Both the position numbers and the translations under genes were made by a program. The notes under the pieces were generated by a model, which did no database searches, was not told the origin of the DNA, and saw nothing but the letters and a program-made list of their open reading frames with translations. Below are positions 26,995 to 42,618 of a stretch of DNA of 64,000 nucleotides, in pieces. The stretch's first letter is position 1; every line of letters begins with the position of its first letter. The DNA is from Neodothiora populina (lineage: Eukaryota), in contig NW_027191413.1 of NCBI RefSeq assembly GCF_041146345.1, positions 1,736,001 through 1,800,000 on the forward strand, in the 5' to 3' direction.

Positions 26995-27855
26995 GATTAG
27001 GCAAGAGACAGTCTGATCTTGCTCTGATGAAGAAAGCACGTCGCCAGAAGCGTTGTTTGGTCTTCGTTACAGAGCATTGATGGTGAACTGCAGCGACTAG
27101 ATGACCCCCCTTTTCGTCCAAAAGCTCACTTGGATTGTTCTATCTTTAGTTGTTGGCTTCTGGAGGGAACTATAAGCTCAATTGCAAATCCTCCAGACAA
27201 TTACGTGTTTTGCTGCTCGTATCGACAGTGATCGCAACATTGCGTGTCGGCGATGTCATGGGGTACGTGTAAATTCAGGTAGTCTAAAAATAATAAGCAT
27301 TCAACATGTCTACCTGCATCTGACAGGTACCTCAAGTCCCCTGTATATATTTGGCTATCAACACGATTCCCTACCTGAGCCCCTCATAAAACATGGGGTA
27401 ACCCCGTATTTGAGACGGTCGATAAGAAACGCTTTATCCTAGCGAGCCTGCCGAGCCTGCATCACAAAAACCTCTCAGCACAGTTTCTTCAATAAAAGTC
27501 ATGTCAACCATAATGGAGAAGGCAGATGTGATCAGCGACCAGATATCAGAGAGGCTCCCTCAGCCACTATACGTCGGCATCTACATAAGTGTCCGAAATT
27601 GACTACGAGGACAAAGGGGGCTCTGCAGCATTACTATACTTGGCTCAGCCGAATACGCCACATCACGTTGCTACATGCTCCATAGCACGAATCGAATCAA
27701 AAAGTGATCTCGAAGATTGGTATATTCGTGTCATTACGTTTCTTTCAATTCCATCTAAGCCAGCGGCAAATCTTCACCGCCCCTTACTACCAGTGATCGT
27801 ACGTCCGTGGACTAAAAAACGCCCAGACGATTAGGGTGTTGGCCCGAATATTCGC

Positions 27856-29790
<1,935 letters not shown>

Positions 29791-31695
29791 CTTGAGCTTG
29801 CTTGCGAATGGAAAATAGGGAAATGGAATCGAGAGGGAATTTGCGGTGGTCTAGAGGTAGAAGTCGAGAGCAGCAATGTGAGAGAGTGTTGAGGGACACG
29901 CCCCGAATTGTCCGACGGGAGCCAGAAGCCCGCCAAGGCAATGACGTTAGTTGCAAAGTGCACAGGCGCGGAGCTGCAAATGTGTTTCGCTGCTTTCTAC
30001 CTTAAGGTTACTGTACATACACGTCTGCATCTGCCATTGTCTGTCGTGTTCATGCTGTCATTATTGATCATTATTCTCTGCCTACATAGCTGCTACATAT
30101 GTTTCCAGACGCCGTGTCAGCGACTGCGTCGAAACACAATACCCAGTTCACAATCACAGTCTGAACAACTCAAAGTTTTCGGCTTCGAGCTAGACTACGG
30201 ACTTGTGCCAGCGAGCTTCGGCCCAGCATGGTTCACAAAGAGGGGCCGAATCGGCGGTATCGCTAACCTTTATCTCCGGAATAAAGATCAGATATGTACG
30301 CTTCATAGTCGTATCATTTTCTAGAAGGCCGGCTTCGAAGCTGCTTTACCCGTCTCAGCCCCGCGGCCTTTGCATATGCCAAACATCGTGCTCGCTGCTT
30401 CGTGATGTTTACAGCACATTTTGATGCGATCGTTCCAATTCTTGTTCTGCGTCTGCATCTCGAGTACTCCTCGGGTATGAGGGCCGCGGTGACTCGCATG
30501 TGTAGCAATACCCCTCAAGGATTTTCCGGTTCTTTTCAGGGCATTTGTGGCCACTACCCCATGTCACCAGGCGCTTTCACGGCTAAACCGAATACCACTG
30601 ACGATTACAAAGGGCCGGATCACACTGCCCCGGGTTGTACATGGTGGCCATCTCGGCATGCTTCACCTCGAAGCATTGGGCATTGGGCACTCTAAGACGC
30701 GCTGACAATTCCTCCTCATGCACCTCATGCTCCTCGTTTGACAAAGTCGTATACAACACCGGAAAATTCGACGCGTGCACAAATTTGACCAGAGTAAGAC
30801 CTCGGGCATCTCGACCGCACCGTGTAGACTATGCGTCCTGACATTGCCATCGCATCTTTACTGCTATCCCGGTGCCTTGCCTCGATGATTCTGTGTTTGA
30901 TTCCACTGTTATGGGACATGTAAAGTGCACATCATTTCTGTTAGACGTAGCGATGTGTTGATGTGCTTCGACGTGCTTACCGCCCAGGAACACTTGCTTC
31001 GAAGACTCAAGGCTTGCGCGGCATAATCGTTGGCATGTCATGTCAGAAACACTAGACAGAGGAGAGAGCCACGATCTATGTTGGACAATACATGATCGTT
31101 ACTCGGTGTGTTCGACCCATTGACAAATCCCTCGGTATCACAGCATATGTGGACATGAATACACTGCTTCGCTGAAGCCAGCAGGTCATTCATGTAGACT
31201 ACTAGCAAAAGTATTCTCATGCGACTCGCAACACATGGTATTAAACTTTGGTATTGTACGATGTTCAACAGATAACAAGCTACTTGAACGACAAGGACTT
31301 CATATAATTAAGAGCTGTGGCGGATCTGGGGCAGTTTCATATGGATCAGGGGCGACTTGGGGATACACTGAACAATTGTGGAGTTCTCTCGAGCTTAAAC
31401 AACTCGCAAGGCTAGATGAAATGATGGTGTCAACCAGCCTGGCTCGATAAGATAGGGTCCAGTACCTTAAGATACCTTATACAGTACTGCATAGTACAGT
31501 TGGACAGCCCGGCGGCAGCAAGTGAGGTACGAGGCGTCTAGAAGAACGGCAGACGCCAAGGCCGGACTTCTACCGTCTTGGCGCACTCGCGACACTCTCC
31601 AATTCTGTCAAGCAAGTGTCTTGTCGAATTGAACGATTCACGAAAGCGATACACGACGACCTGACCTCGACAATCCGGCCATAATATATCCAGCC

Positions 31696-32404
31696 ATGCC
31701 TTCCGAGCAGAACCACCGCCGTGAGTTTGCCCATATCCACAGATGATCCGGATTCGAGATAAACCAGTCCGGGCAAAAACGATGCATGTCGCAAGGATGA
31801 TTCAAGTTTGCTAACAAAAATCTGTGCATTTAGTCTACGTCAAGTGAGTAACCCCCCGTCAATCTCGATTCTGGAGTGCCATCGATCACACATTCGCGCC
31901 GCGAAACAACGACTCAAGGAGACATGGATCCGAATGGAATATCTGGGAGGACTTGAATGTGGACAGGGACCTCATGGAACGGACATTGACTGGAGATGAA
32001 CAGGGGCCGCCACCTCAGCTACCAGCGTGGCAAGCGCAACACCAACCCCGGCACCAGTCTGATTAAGATTGAGGGTGTTGAGGACCCCAAGGCTGCCAGG
32101 TGAGAAACACCACTGCTCTCGGTCGCTACGAACATTTCTGATGGATGCACAGCTTCTACCTCGGCAAGAAGGTCGCTTTCGTCTACCGCGCTTCCAAGGA
32201 GGTTCGCGGTACTAAGATCAGAGTCATCTGGGGCAAGGTCACCAGACCTCACGGTAGGACGCACACATACGAACGCCGACGATTCCAGGATTCTAACAGT
32301 GTGCAGGAAACTCTGGTGTCGTCAGGGCTCAGTTCCGCAACAACCTCCCTCCCCGCTCTTTCGGTGCCACCGTCCGCGTCATGCTCTACCCTTCTTCGAT
32401 ATAA
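31696..32404 (+). CDS. RPL33: 60S ribosomal protein eL33 (L35a)
   Basis: Spliced [23 protein letters not shown]...[13 protein letters not shown]...[18 protein letters not shown]...VMLYPSSI*. Four introns and a 10-nt micro-exon at 31834-31843. Confidence 0.96.
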
Positions 32405-33316
32405 GTCAAGGTCGTCTCAAACGAGGGTGAAAATGAGGGGAGGATGACAGAGTGGTAGCGGTGTTGCTTTGCAGTCAATTTTGGCTTTCTGCGCATGGCC
32501 AGCGGTTCACAGGAAAGGCGTTTCTCATGGGTAGGAAAGCCGCCAAAATACTTTCATGTCCAACAAATCAAAACGCAAAAGCGTCCCGATATGCCGCAAT
32601 AGGCATGATGACGATTTCAATATCGCACTCTCCACTACTGTTCTATCGGCCAACACACTCCCGCACTTCCATGTTGCATACCCACGATCGTCTGCTCGGA
32701 TCTACGATGGTGGATATTTTTGGTCGCACCTGATGTACTTGCAACAGCCTTCCCAGCCGCATGTATCTGTCATCCAGTTCGCAAAACTATGTGCCCTGTC
32801 CTGTTCGAATTGCCCATTTCATTTTTACGGCAAGCGTAATGTGATGGTTGGTCCATCACCGTCCTGATTGTGTTTTAACCTCGGACCTGTAAGCTGCTTC
32901 ATGGCTCAGAGTAGCCCTGTCCGACCAGGTCTTAGATGCTAGTCTCCAAGATCGTCCAGATGACGCTTAATCGCAATGTGCTCGAAATATCTTGAATAAT
33001 GACAATGACAGTGACATGCGTCTAAGCAATAATGATGGACATGCCTTATCTAGGGAAGACTACCCGGAGAGAATTCGTATTGTGGACTTCGGGAACACCG
33101 TCATCGCCGTATCGTGGGGTCTTTCCTGCTGCAAGTGCCGGCTAGACTATCCTGCCCTGGCCTAAGCCTCTGCAATCAACATTCTTGGTGTAATTCTTTT
33201 TCTCGGATACGGAAGACGAAAAGGCTGCGACTACACTCACACCTTCGCACCATATACTAGGATGCCACTTGAGCAAGATAGGTGCTGAGACTTGTCAACT
33301 CAGCCATACCATTAGG

Positions 33317-36300
33317 ATGGCCAGCGATACGAAGAGTCTCGGTCGGAAATCGTCCTCTCGCGACGATGCTGCTTCGGTGCAGTCTCGCCGCTCCCTCTAC
33401 AGGCGGGAGTCGAACATGAGCGAGGCGAGCTTTATTACAGATGTCGGCATGGCCAACGATGAGGTTTTCTCGGGACCCATGTCCGAGAGTGTTCCCACAG
33501 CCACGAGCTCATTCGCCCATCGACGCACGAGGGCCGACTCGACCACCAGCTTTGCATATTTCGACGAACAAGATGCTCACGACACGGACACTGATGAAGG
33601 CTCCTTCCGCGAGGAGACGGCTATAATTGACGATGACGACGATGATGTTGACCTGGACGGGATTGAACACTCCGGATACTCGAACGGCTATGCAGAGAAC
33701 GACGCTGACCTGGAGTCGAATGAACGGCCTTCGATCAGAAGTCGCAAATCCTCTGGACATTCGCGTACTTCGAGCGCCCCACTCCTAAGGAGACAACACT
33801 CTTCCGACACTGATCGGAGTGGTTATCAGAGCGGGGGCAGATTCAGCCAGAAGATATACATTCAGACTGAAGATATGACTATTGTTGTCGCCGGTTTCAA
33901 GACATCTGTCATAGGCTACGCTGCTTATCTCAGCATTTGCATACTCACCGCAGGCCTGGGCTATCTACTTCTTCGATGGCTCCCGAGATGGAGGGTTCGT
34001 CTTCTCGGCTCAGCTGCCCCGCTTTACAAATGCGACTGGCTTGTCATCGAGAACCAGTGGAATGAGATGGTTGTTCAACACCTGAGCAAGCAGGATTTCG
34101 ACATGCCCCTTTCTTCTGTCTTTGGTCTCCCCGGTAAGGGCAAGATGAGAGACTACGAAGACTACGACGACCCCATCTTGGAAGAACTTCGAATTCTTGA
34201 TTATCGCTACATTCGCTTCTGCTTCCATCCCATCAAGGACAAGTTCTTGCCAAGCAACGTCTGGAAAGACCCCGCCTGGACTGACGTTGCCTCTGTGCGC
34301 GTTGGTATCGACGGCGAAGAGCAGGAAAACAGAGAACGCATATTCGGCAAGAATTTGATCAACATCAAGCAGAAGACCACCGGACAGCTATTGGTCGACG
34401 AAGCATTGCATCCCTTTTACATCTTCCAGATCGCGAGTTTGGTCCTCTGGTCCGTGGACGAATACTATTATTATGCTGTTTGTATTTTCATCATCTCTAT
34501 CGTCAGTATTGTGACGACTTTGATCGATACAAAGGCGACAATACGACGTCTGCAGGAGATCTCCCGCTTCGAGTGCGAGATCCGTGTGCTTCGCAGCGGT
34601 TTCTGGAGACATGTCCATTCTAGCGATCTAGTCCCTGGAGACGTCTATGAAATCACAGATCCCAACCTCTCAGAATTCCCGTGCGACAGTCTCTTGCTCT
34701 CTGGTGACTGCATCGTCAACGAAAGCATGTTGACTGGAGAGTCCGTCCCCGTGTCCAAGACACCTGCAACAGACGAATCCCTTGAGCTTTTGGATTTGAG
34801 TGCCTCGTCAATCCACCCGGAAGTGGCTAGGCATCTGCTTTTCAGTGGCACGAAGATTGTTAGAGCTCGCAGACCACAGGAGGATAAGAGCGACGAGGCT
34901 GCTGCCTTGGCTCTTGTCGTTCGAACAGGCTTCAACACTACAAAGGGTGCCCTCATACGCTCGATGCTTTTTCCAAAGCCGTCCGGATTCAAGTTCTACC
35001 GCGATTCCTTCCGCTACATCTCGGTCATGGGTGGCATTGCCATGATCGGTTTTGTTGCTTCGTTTGCCAACTTCGTGCGATTGGGACTCGCATGGCATTT
35101 GATAGTCGTGCGCGCTTTGGATCTGATTACGATTGTGGTTCCCCCAGCACTTCCAGCAACTCTGACGATCGGAACAAACTTCGCATTGTCCAGGTTGAAG
35201 AAGAAGCAGATCTTCTGCATTAGCCCTCAGAGAGTCAACGTCGGCGGCAAGCTTGATGTGGTATGCTTCGACAAGACTGGTACTTTGACTGAAGATGGCT
35301 TGGACGTCCTGGGTGTACGCGTTGTACAAAGGCCTTCGAACAGGTTCAGCGAGATACTGAATGATGCAACCGAACTACTCCCTGGAGCGACCTATGAGCG
35401 TGATCCCACTGTTGATTATAACGCTAACAAGGCAATTCTGTACACCATGGCAACCTGTCACTCGCTTCGCATTGTCGAAGATGAGTTTGTTGGTGATCCT
35501 TTGGACCTCAAGATGTTCCAATTCACCAGCTGGCAATATGAGGAAGGATCCGAGCGACCGGGCGCATCAGAAGACGACGAGCAAAACTCGCTTTCGCCAT
35601 CCGTCGCAAGGCCTCCGCCAGGCATGGAGTTCGACATTGACGAAGAGCGAGACTCGCCGAACAGCCAGCGTCGCATAGAACTTGGTGTTCTTAAGTCATT
35701 CGAATTTGTATCTCAGCTCAGGCGCGCAAGTGTCATCGTTCGTCAATTCGGTGATCCGAGCGGTGATGTCTACGTCAAGGGTGCTCCGGAGGCGATGAAG
35801 GAGATTTGCCGACCAGACAGCTTCCCGCCAGACTATGAAGAGCTCCTGAGCTATTACACACACAGAGGCTTCCGTGTCATCGCTTGTGCTACAAAGCATA
35901 TATTCAAGCTCAACTGGCTCAAAGTGCAGAAGATGAAGCGCGAGGAGGCCGAGTCTAATCTGGAGTTCGTCGGGTTCATCATCTTCGAGAACAAGCTTAA
36001 GGATACGACTACCGACGTGATCTCGGAGATTCGAGATGCAAACATTCGTACTGTCATGTGCACCGGAGACAATATTCTTACTGCTATCAGTGTTGCAAGG
36101 GAGTGTGGCTTGATTGATCGCACTGCGCATTGTTTCGTTCCTCACTTTGTTGAAGGAGATTCGCGGACTGCCCTATCGCGCCTTACTTTCGAGAGTGTGG
36201 ATAATCCGGTCTATCGCCTCGATGAGAACACGCTCAAGCCTCTCCCTCCACCAGCCGAACACGACTCGTCTCTCCCTTACGATGTCTCTAACCTACGCAA

Positions 36301-37468
36301 CTACTCCATCGCTGTGAGTGGCGACGTCTTCCGCTGGATCATCGATTTCGCTTCTCCTAAAGTGCTCAAAGAAATGCTGGTGTGCGGACAGGTTTTTGCT
36401 CGCATGTCTCCAGACGAAAAGCATGAACTTGTTGAGAAGCTCCAGAGTATCGATTATTGTGCTGGCTTTTGCGGTGACGGCGCCAATGACTGTGGTGCTC
36501 TCAAGGCAGCTGACGTTGGCATTTCCCTCTCTGAAGCAGAAGCGTCCGTGGCTGCTCCATTCACAAGTCGTGTGTTCGACATATCCTGCGTTCCAGAGGT
36601 AATCCGAGAAGGACGGGCAGCGTTGGTCACAAGTTTCAGCTGCTTCAAGTATATGAGTTTGTACTCTGCGATCCAATTCACCTCGGTCAGTTTCCTGTAC
36701 GCATCTGCGTCCAACCTTGGCGACTTTCAGTTTCTTTACATCGATCTTTTCTTGATCCTCCCAATCGCCATTTTCATGGGATGGACTGGAGCATATCCGA
36801 CTCTGGCACGCAAGCGACCTACAGCAAGCTTGGTGTCGAGGAAGGTGCTCACTCCTCTGATTGGCCAAATTGCTATCTGTGTACTGACCCAGCTGATTGG
36901 CTGGGAGGTTGTTCGGCGACAGGAGTGGTAAGACATGTGCTCTTCCAATTTCACTAAATCTATGCTGACCTGATTCGTCAAGGTATCAACCTCCTGTTCT
37001 CGACAGGGATCACTCGAATTCGAAGAACTCGGAGAACACGACTCTCTTCCTCCTATCGTGTTATCAGTACATCCTTTCGGCAATCGTATTGAGCGTTGGA
37101 CGCCCATTCAGACAGTCCATGGGACATAATTGTAAGTTTGCTGCCTCGCCAGGTTGGCTTGACCAATGCTAATTGACATAGTGCCCTTTGTCATTACTAT
37201 GGTAGTAGCGATCGGCATATCCTCCTACCTATTGTTCGACCCCGCACCCTGGCTTGTCAGTCTGATGGAGCTGACCTGGATGCCCATGGGCTTCAGGGGA
37301 TTCATCACCGCCCTCGCAGTAGGAAGCTTCGGGTGCTCGTACCTAGCAGAGCGTCTGGTGTTCCCGCATCTGGCGAAATTTATCGGGAAAGCGAACGCGA
37401 AATTGTTTCCTAGAAACCAGAAGAAGAGAAAGGAGTACAAGCTGGTCCAGGAGAGCATGAGAATTTAG
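33317..37468 (+). CDS. YPK9: P5B-type ATPase (Ypk9/ATP13A2-like, putative polyamine transporter)
   Basis: LTGES, the P5B signature PPALP, DKTGTLT, KGAPE, TGDN and GDGANDCGA. Two introns near the 3' end. Confidence 0.93.
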
Positions 37469-38269
37469 ATGAAGATAGGATTTGCTTCGTATATAGAGTA
37501 CATGAAAGTCATAATATTTGTACAAAGTAATGCAACGAGTGTGCTTGTTAAAACGCGCGATCGGGAGTGAACTTTTGCTCGCACAGCACGTACCCCGCTA
37601 TGGCCTCTCGCTACAAGTACTATACTACAGGTACCATTCGTCGATCACCGACGGCAGTCCGTTCTTCCTTGTCGAACAATAAAAAGAACGTCCCCAGAGC
37701 AGTTTTCTCCATCTCGTAATCCCTACACCAAAAAGTATGTTAGGTTATAATTCCAAACTCGAATTAATCAAAAAGTGCTGCACTCTTGCTCTCCTGCATG
37801 CCTTAACCGCACTCTTAGCTCCGCTCCGCAATGACATCATGACATGTTATAGGCATCGCGAAACGTCAAGTCAGGTCCTTTGCCGTAGGTGGGATATAGT
37901 TCTCAAGATGTAGGGGAAAGAAAAGATAACATTGCCATGATCGTGACTCGAGGAATCATCGGCTCAGAGGTTCATTTGAAGGATTAGGTCCCTGCATCAT
38001 AATCTACTGTTGTGGTTCGAGTGTACTTGCGCGCGTGAAACGGTTTCTTGAACAACCTTGTTGAGACACCATCTTAGTTACGGATTTGGTTATTGGACTT
38101 TTGGGCTTCAAGACTTGTCTCCGTTCTGCTGTAGATTCAAGAATTAGATCAAGGACTCGAGAACTAGCTATCTGTAGTGGAATATCGCTTCTACCTGTGG
38201 TTCGACTGCGTAACCCAGAAAGGACTCGCCTCATCTACTTTATTCACTCGAGACTCGCCGTCTAACGCC

Positions 38270-39518
38270 ATGGACTACAGTACGTACCTCTCTTTCTCAC
38301 GCAATGTAAGGTACCTTTACCATGACGGTCCGACTCACCAAAACAGACTCGATGCTAGAAACCCTCCTGGACGGGGGCTACCTGCCCACGCCCGTGATCC
38401 GGGCAGGCATCCGCGGCCAGCTCCGCCAGCGCCTAGCCATGATCTCTCAAACGAGCAACGCAGCATCCTACTCGACGAAGATGAAGTACGTGGAGCTGCT
38501 GCGCACGCGGCCGATCGCCATCGAGACGGCGGCGGCCAACGAGCAGCATTACGAGGTCGGCACGGGGGTGTTGAAGGCTTGCTTGGGGCCCCGGATGAAG
38601 TACTCGTGCTGTTTGTATGAGGGGCTCGAGAAGGGGTATCGTGCGGGGCTTGGTGAGGCCGAGGTCGCTATGTTGGAGGATTATGTGCGCAAGGCTGAGC
38701 TTAGCGATGGCATGAGCATGTTTGATCTCGGGTGAGTCTTTTTCTGCTGTTCCCGACGCAGAGTCGTTCGTGCGAAGTCATGTCTTCTTTGCTACGAGCT
38801 ATGGGGCGGGGTATGATGGGACTTTTCACCGTGTTCAAAGTACTAATGTGGGTTCAGGTGCGGTTGGGGCTCACTGAGTCTGTTCCTTGCAGAGCGCTTC
38901 CCCAGCAGCAAGATCACAGGCTTCTCGAACTCTCGCACTCAAAAGGATTATATTGATGCAGAGGCCAAGTCTAAAGGCTTCACTAATCTCACAATCGTCA
39001 CTGGTGACGTTGCAGAGTACAACTTCGAAGGCACAGATCTGGCAGCATCGTTCGATCGCGTATTGTCGATCGAGCTGTTCGAGCACATGAAGAACTACCA
39101 GCTTCTGCTGAAGAAAGTGTCGACGCTTCTCAAGACCGGTGGTAAGCTCTTCGTGCACATCTTCGCGCACAAGGACAGTCCGTATGATTTCGAAGACGGA
39201 TGGATGACACAGCACTTCTTCACTGGCGGAACCATGCCGTCGGCAGATCTTCTGCTCTGGTTTCAAGACGATCTCAGATGCAAGCGCATGTGGTGGGTCA
39301 ACGGCAAGAACTACGCCCAGACGTGCGAAGACTGGCTCAGCACGATGAATGGCAACAAGAAGCAGATCTGGCCGCATCTGGAGGCGACATATGGCAAGGA
39401 AAAGACATCGACGTGGTTCCATCGGTGGCAAATATTCTATCTGGCGTGTGCCGAGCTGTTTGCGTACGAGGGCGGAGAGACTTGGGGCGTGTGCCACTAC
39501 TTGTTTGAAAAGGCTTGA
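38270..39518 (+). CDS. SAM-dependent methyltransferase, CFA-synthase/coclaurine N-methyltransferase-like
   Basis: ANEQHYE, LGPRMKYS, DLGCGWG (spliced), SIELFEHMKNY and FFTGGTMPS. Short first exon ATGGACTACA, intron 38280-38346, second intron about 38732-38857. Confidence 0.9.
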
Positions 39519-39709
39519 AGACGATGCTTGGCCTTCTTTCAGAGAATAGGAAATAGATAGACGGAAGTAAGTGGTATTGGTTGTGTTTTGCGTTGCGGAT
39601 AATGACGGTATCGTGATCGAGTGTGTGATATATTGGACTTCTCTCGATAATGTGTACAATGCCTTGATGCATGTGTGTGACAGAATGCTGACCAAAGAAA
39701 GAAACCCCA

Positions 39710-40057
39710 TCAATGGTCCCAGGGGTGCTTCCAGCCGAGAAGCGCAGGGCCGTCCTGTTTACGCTATTAGTCACTGTTATAATCGACGAGTTGATCATGT
39801 CCAATCGGTATCAATGGTGGTTGGGGGGACTGCTGGATCAGTCACTTTCGGCGTACCTTCTTCGCTCTGTACATCAACTAGGCAGCGAGAGTCAGCGGGA
39901 CGGCTTTGAAACAACATCAGGCCTTCAGAGAACTCACGAAGAACCACATGCTTGCGCCGAGACCGGTAGCAGCGAATCTGTAGAGAGGTCGAACGGGGTG
40001 GACGTGGATGGGGTGTGCGCCATGAGCGCGGGCGCCGCTTGCCGGACCTCCTGCCAT
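39710..40057 (-). CDS. NDUFB2: NADH:ubiquinone oxidoreductase accessory subunit NDUFB2 (AGGG), 61 aa
   Basis: Exons 40057-39938, 39877-39857 and 39754-39710 give MAGGPASGARAHGAHPIHVHPVRPLYRFAATGLGASMWFFLMYRAKKDGPALLGWKHPWDH*, with canonical GT..AG introns. Confidence 0.88.
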
Positions 40058-40430
40058 TGCGTGAACTGTGGAGGTGTGTAAGTATTGCAACTGTCGTGCG
40101 GCGCAGTGAAGAGTGGGACCCGTTGCACATACGATTGGGGAGGTTAGACGGGTCGGTGGTGTATGGGTTGTCTGTATCCAATCAGGTATACTGCATATCA
40201 TCAAATCCCAGCCAGCCAGCCTTCGAGACGTTCCGGTTGGCACTCGTCCGCCCTCCTCCGCCTCCGCTTCGCGTTGTTGGGAGTGGAGGCGCCAAGGGAT
40301 CGGGTGGTGGGCGGAACTTCTGTAGTGAGACGGGAGACGGACCTCGTCAATGCCAAGGCTCGAGTTTTGATCTTGGAGAAGGACGCCGGGCTCGTCAAGA
40401 TCGAAGCTAAAATGGGCACTTTAATGCCGC

Positions 40431-40462
40431 TGATGCTGATGCTGCTGCTGCTGCTGCTGCTG
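40431..40462. repeat. (GCT)n microsatellite inside the predicted NDUFB2 5'-UTR intron
   Basis: tgatgctgatgctgctgctgctgctgctgctg is directly visible. Confidence 0.85.
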
Positions 40463-40956
40463 TTACGGAACTCTCTTCTGGGGCAAATAGGGTAATGCAC
40501 CCGCGAGACTTGGACTTACTTGTACGTTTGACACTTTTGTTGCTTTCTCGACGCGACTAAGGTACGCACTCTGGGCTTCATTGCTTCTCGCGCCTTCTTG
40601 TTGTGCTGTAAAAACATTCGCCCCTGCTGTTTAGGGACGTTGTTTTCGCCTTCCCTTCTGCGCGGTCTTGCAGAGCTCGAATAGGCCGATTGCGATTGTT
40701 ATTGTCGTCGATATACAATACCCGATCGACAAGCTCCAGCACAGTGGGGACTCTCCCAATTGGATTATTACTACCCGCATTTCGCATCTGCGCAACAATC
40801 TTTGTCTGATTGTCTTCGACGATCCACGTACCGGACTTTGCAATCACCTTCTTCCGGCGCTGCTGTTGCGCCAGCGGACACATGCGCCCACATACATCTC
40901 ACGCACTCACATGAGTATCGCAGTCATCTGTCGCTGTCTCCCGTCTCAGCCCGACC

Positions 40957-42618
40957 ATGGCGCAATCCACCGACACCGCCTCGGCCGACCCAGCACAGCG
41001 CCGCTTCCGGGGATGCGCCAAACTGGAAGACTATGAAGTCACTCAGAAGCTCGGCGAGGGCACCTTTGGCGTAGTCTCCAAGGGCCGCTCTAAGCGTACT
41101 GGCGCTGTTGTTGCGCTGAAGAAGATCTTGATCCACAACGAAAAGGACGGATTTCCCATCACCGCCTTGCGCGAGATCAAATTGCTCAAAATGCTTTCCC
41201 ACGTGAATATCCTGCACCTGGACGAAATGGCCGTCGAGCGCAACAGGAAGGATCTCAAGAAGCGAGCAACGCTGTACATGGTGACGCCCTACATGGATCA
41301 CGACTTGTCCGGCATGACGACCAACCCCGACATTCGCTTCACCGAGGCCCAGATCAAGTGTTACATGCTGCAGCTCCTCGAGGGTCTTCGCTACTTGCAT
41401 GATAGCAACATTCTTCATCGCGATATGAAAGCTGCAAACATCCTCATCAGCAACCGAGGTATCCTCCAGATTGCCGACTTTGGCCTCGCCAGACACTATG
41501 ATGGCCCCACCCCAGAGCCAGGTCAAGGAAACGGTGTTGCCGTTCGTGATTATACTACTCTCGTGGTCACTCGCTGGTACCGCCCTCCAGAGCTTCTACT
41601 GCAACTTCGAAGATACACTCCGGCCATTGACATGTGGGGCGCTGGCTGTGTTTTTGCAGAAATGTTTGAGGGTCGACCTATCCTCGAGGGCAAGTCTGAC
41701 CTCAATCAGGCCCAGATCATCTTCGAGCTGGTCGGCTCGCCTAACGAGGCCACCATGCCCGGCTGGTCACAACTCCCCGGCTGCGAGGGTGTCAAGGAAT
41801 GGGAATCACACCGCGGTAATATCAATCACAGATTCAGAAATCTTCACCCTCATGCCCTGGCACTGCTCAAGGAATTGCTCAAGCTGGACTGGCAGAAGCG
41901 TATAAACGCAATTGATGCGCTCCAGCATCCATATTTCAAGACCGAGCCACTTCCCTCGCGTCCGGAACAACTGCCTTCCTTTGAAGAGTCTCACGAACTG
42001 GACCGTAGAAAGCACCAGGAACGCCGAGTCGCTCTTCCTCCTGCTCCCGCCGGCGGCACTGTAGGCTTGGGTCCAGACGAGGCCTGGCCACCTTCGAATC
42101 CCAATACCTACTCGAATGGCTATGAACGCGGCAGACCCTCCCGTGGCCCCGGGCCCGGCCCTGTGAGCGGTCCTCCTTCACGTCATCCTGATTCCCGCCA
42201 GCCTTCTCGGCGACCTGCTTGGCAACAACATGGCTCGGAAGGACATCCTCCTCGCTCGGTAGCCCCGTATGCTAATGGCAATTCGCATCTGCCTCCGCCG
42301 CCGCCTGACAGTCGCCTACCGCCTCGACCAATGCCGCCAGCGAATGGCCGTGGCGGTCCGAACGTCGACACATACATACCAAGCTACTCTGCCGCCAGAC
42401 ACGAGCCACCGCCGGTCGTTGGCCGAGGGCCTCCACGCGATGCACCCTATCGCGAACGGGAGCGAGCCGATCGTCCTCCCATCGTTGGTGCGGGCGGAAG
42501 AGACAGAGACAGAGAGCACGTACGTTCCGACCGCCGCAGTACCAGAAGCAGGAGCCCCGAACGTGAGAGGCGCGAGCGACTACAGGACAGGGAGCGCGAT
42601 TTCTACCACAGACGATAA
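40957..42618 (+). CDS. BUR1: cyclin-dependent kinase Bur1/Sgv1 (CDK9)
   Basis: [41 protein letters not shown] and a Pro/Arg-rich tail. Confidence 0.95.
   Translation: MAQSTDTASADPAQRRFRGCAKLEDYEVTQKLGEGTFGVVSKGRSKRTGAVVALKKILIHNEKDGFPITALREIKLLKMLSHVNILHLDEMAVERNRKDLKKRATLYMVTPYMDHDLSGMTTNPDIRFTEAQIKCYMLQLLEGLRYLHDSNILHRDMKAANILISNRGILQIADFGLARHYDGPTPEPGQGNGVAVRDYTTLVVTRWYRPPELLLQLRRYTPAIDMWGAGCVFAEMFEGRPILEGKSDLNQAQIIFELVGSPNEATMPGWSQLPGCEGVKEWESHRGNINHRFRNLHPHALALLKELLKLDWQKRINAIDALQHPYFKTEPLPSRPEQLPSFEESHELDRRKHQERRVALPPAPAGGTVGLGPDEAWPPSNPNTYSNGYERGRPSRGPGPGPVSGPPSRHPDSRQPSRRPAWQQHGSEGHPPRSVAPYANGNSHLPPPPPDSRLPPRPMPPANGRGGPNVDTYIPSYSAARHEPPPVVGRGPPRDAPYRERERADRPPIVGAGGRDRDREHVRSDRRSTRSRSPERERRERLQDRERDFYHRR

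Noticed and set aside
29950..31600. Several short ORFs in the G6PD-RPL33 divergent intergenic region
   Set aside because: No codon bias, convincing splice structure or motifs.
32605..32733. ATGATGA ... CTGA pair downstream of RPL33 resembling a box C/D snoRNA
   Set aside because: Weak terminal stem, no clear C'/D' boxes and no recognisable rRNA-complementary guide. A snoscan or Rfam search would be needed.
40882..41036. Apparent uORFs upstream of and overlapping BUR1
   Set aside because: Both ATGs fall inside a probable 5'-UTR intron (GTACCG at about 40828 .. CTCAC .. CGCAG at 40923).
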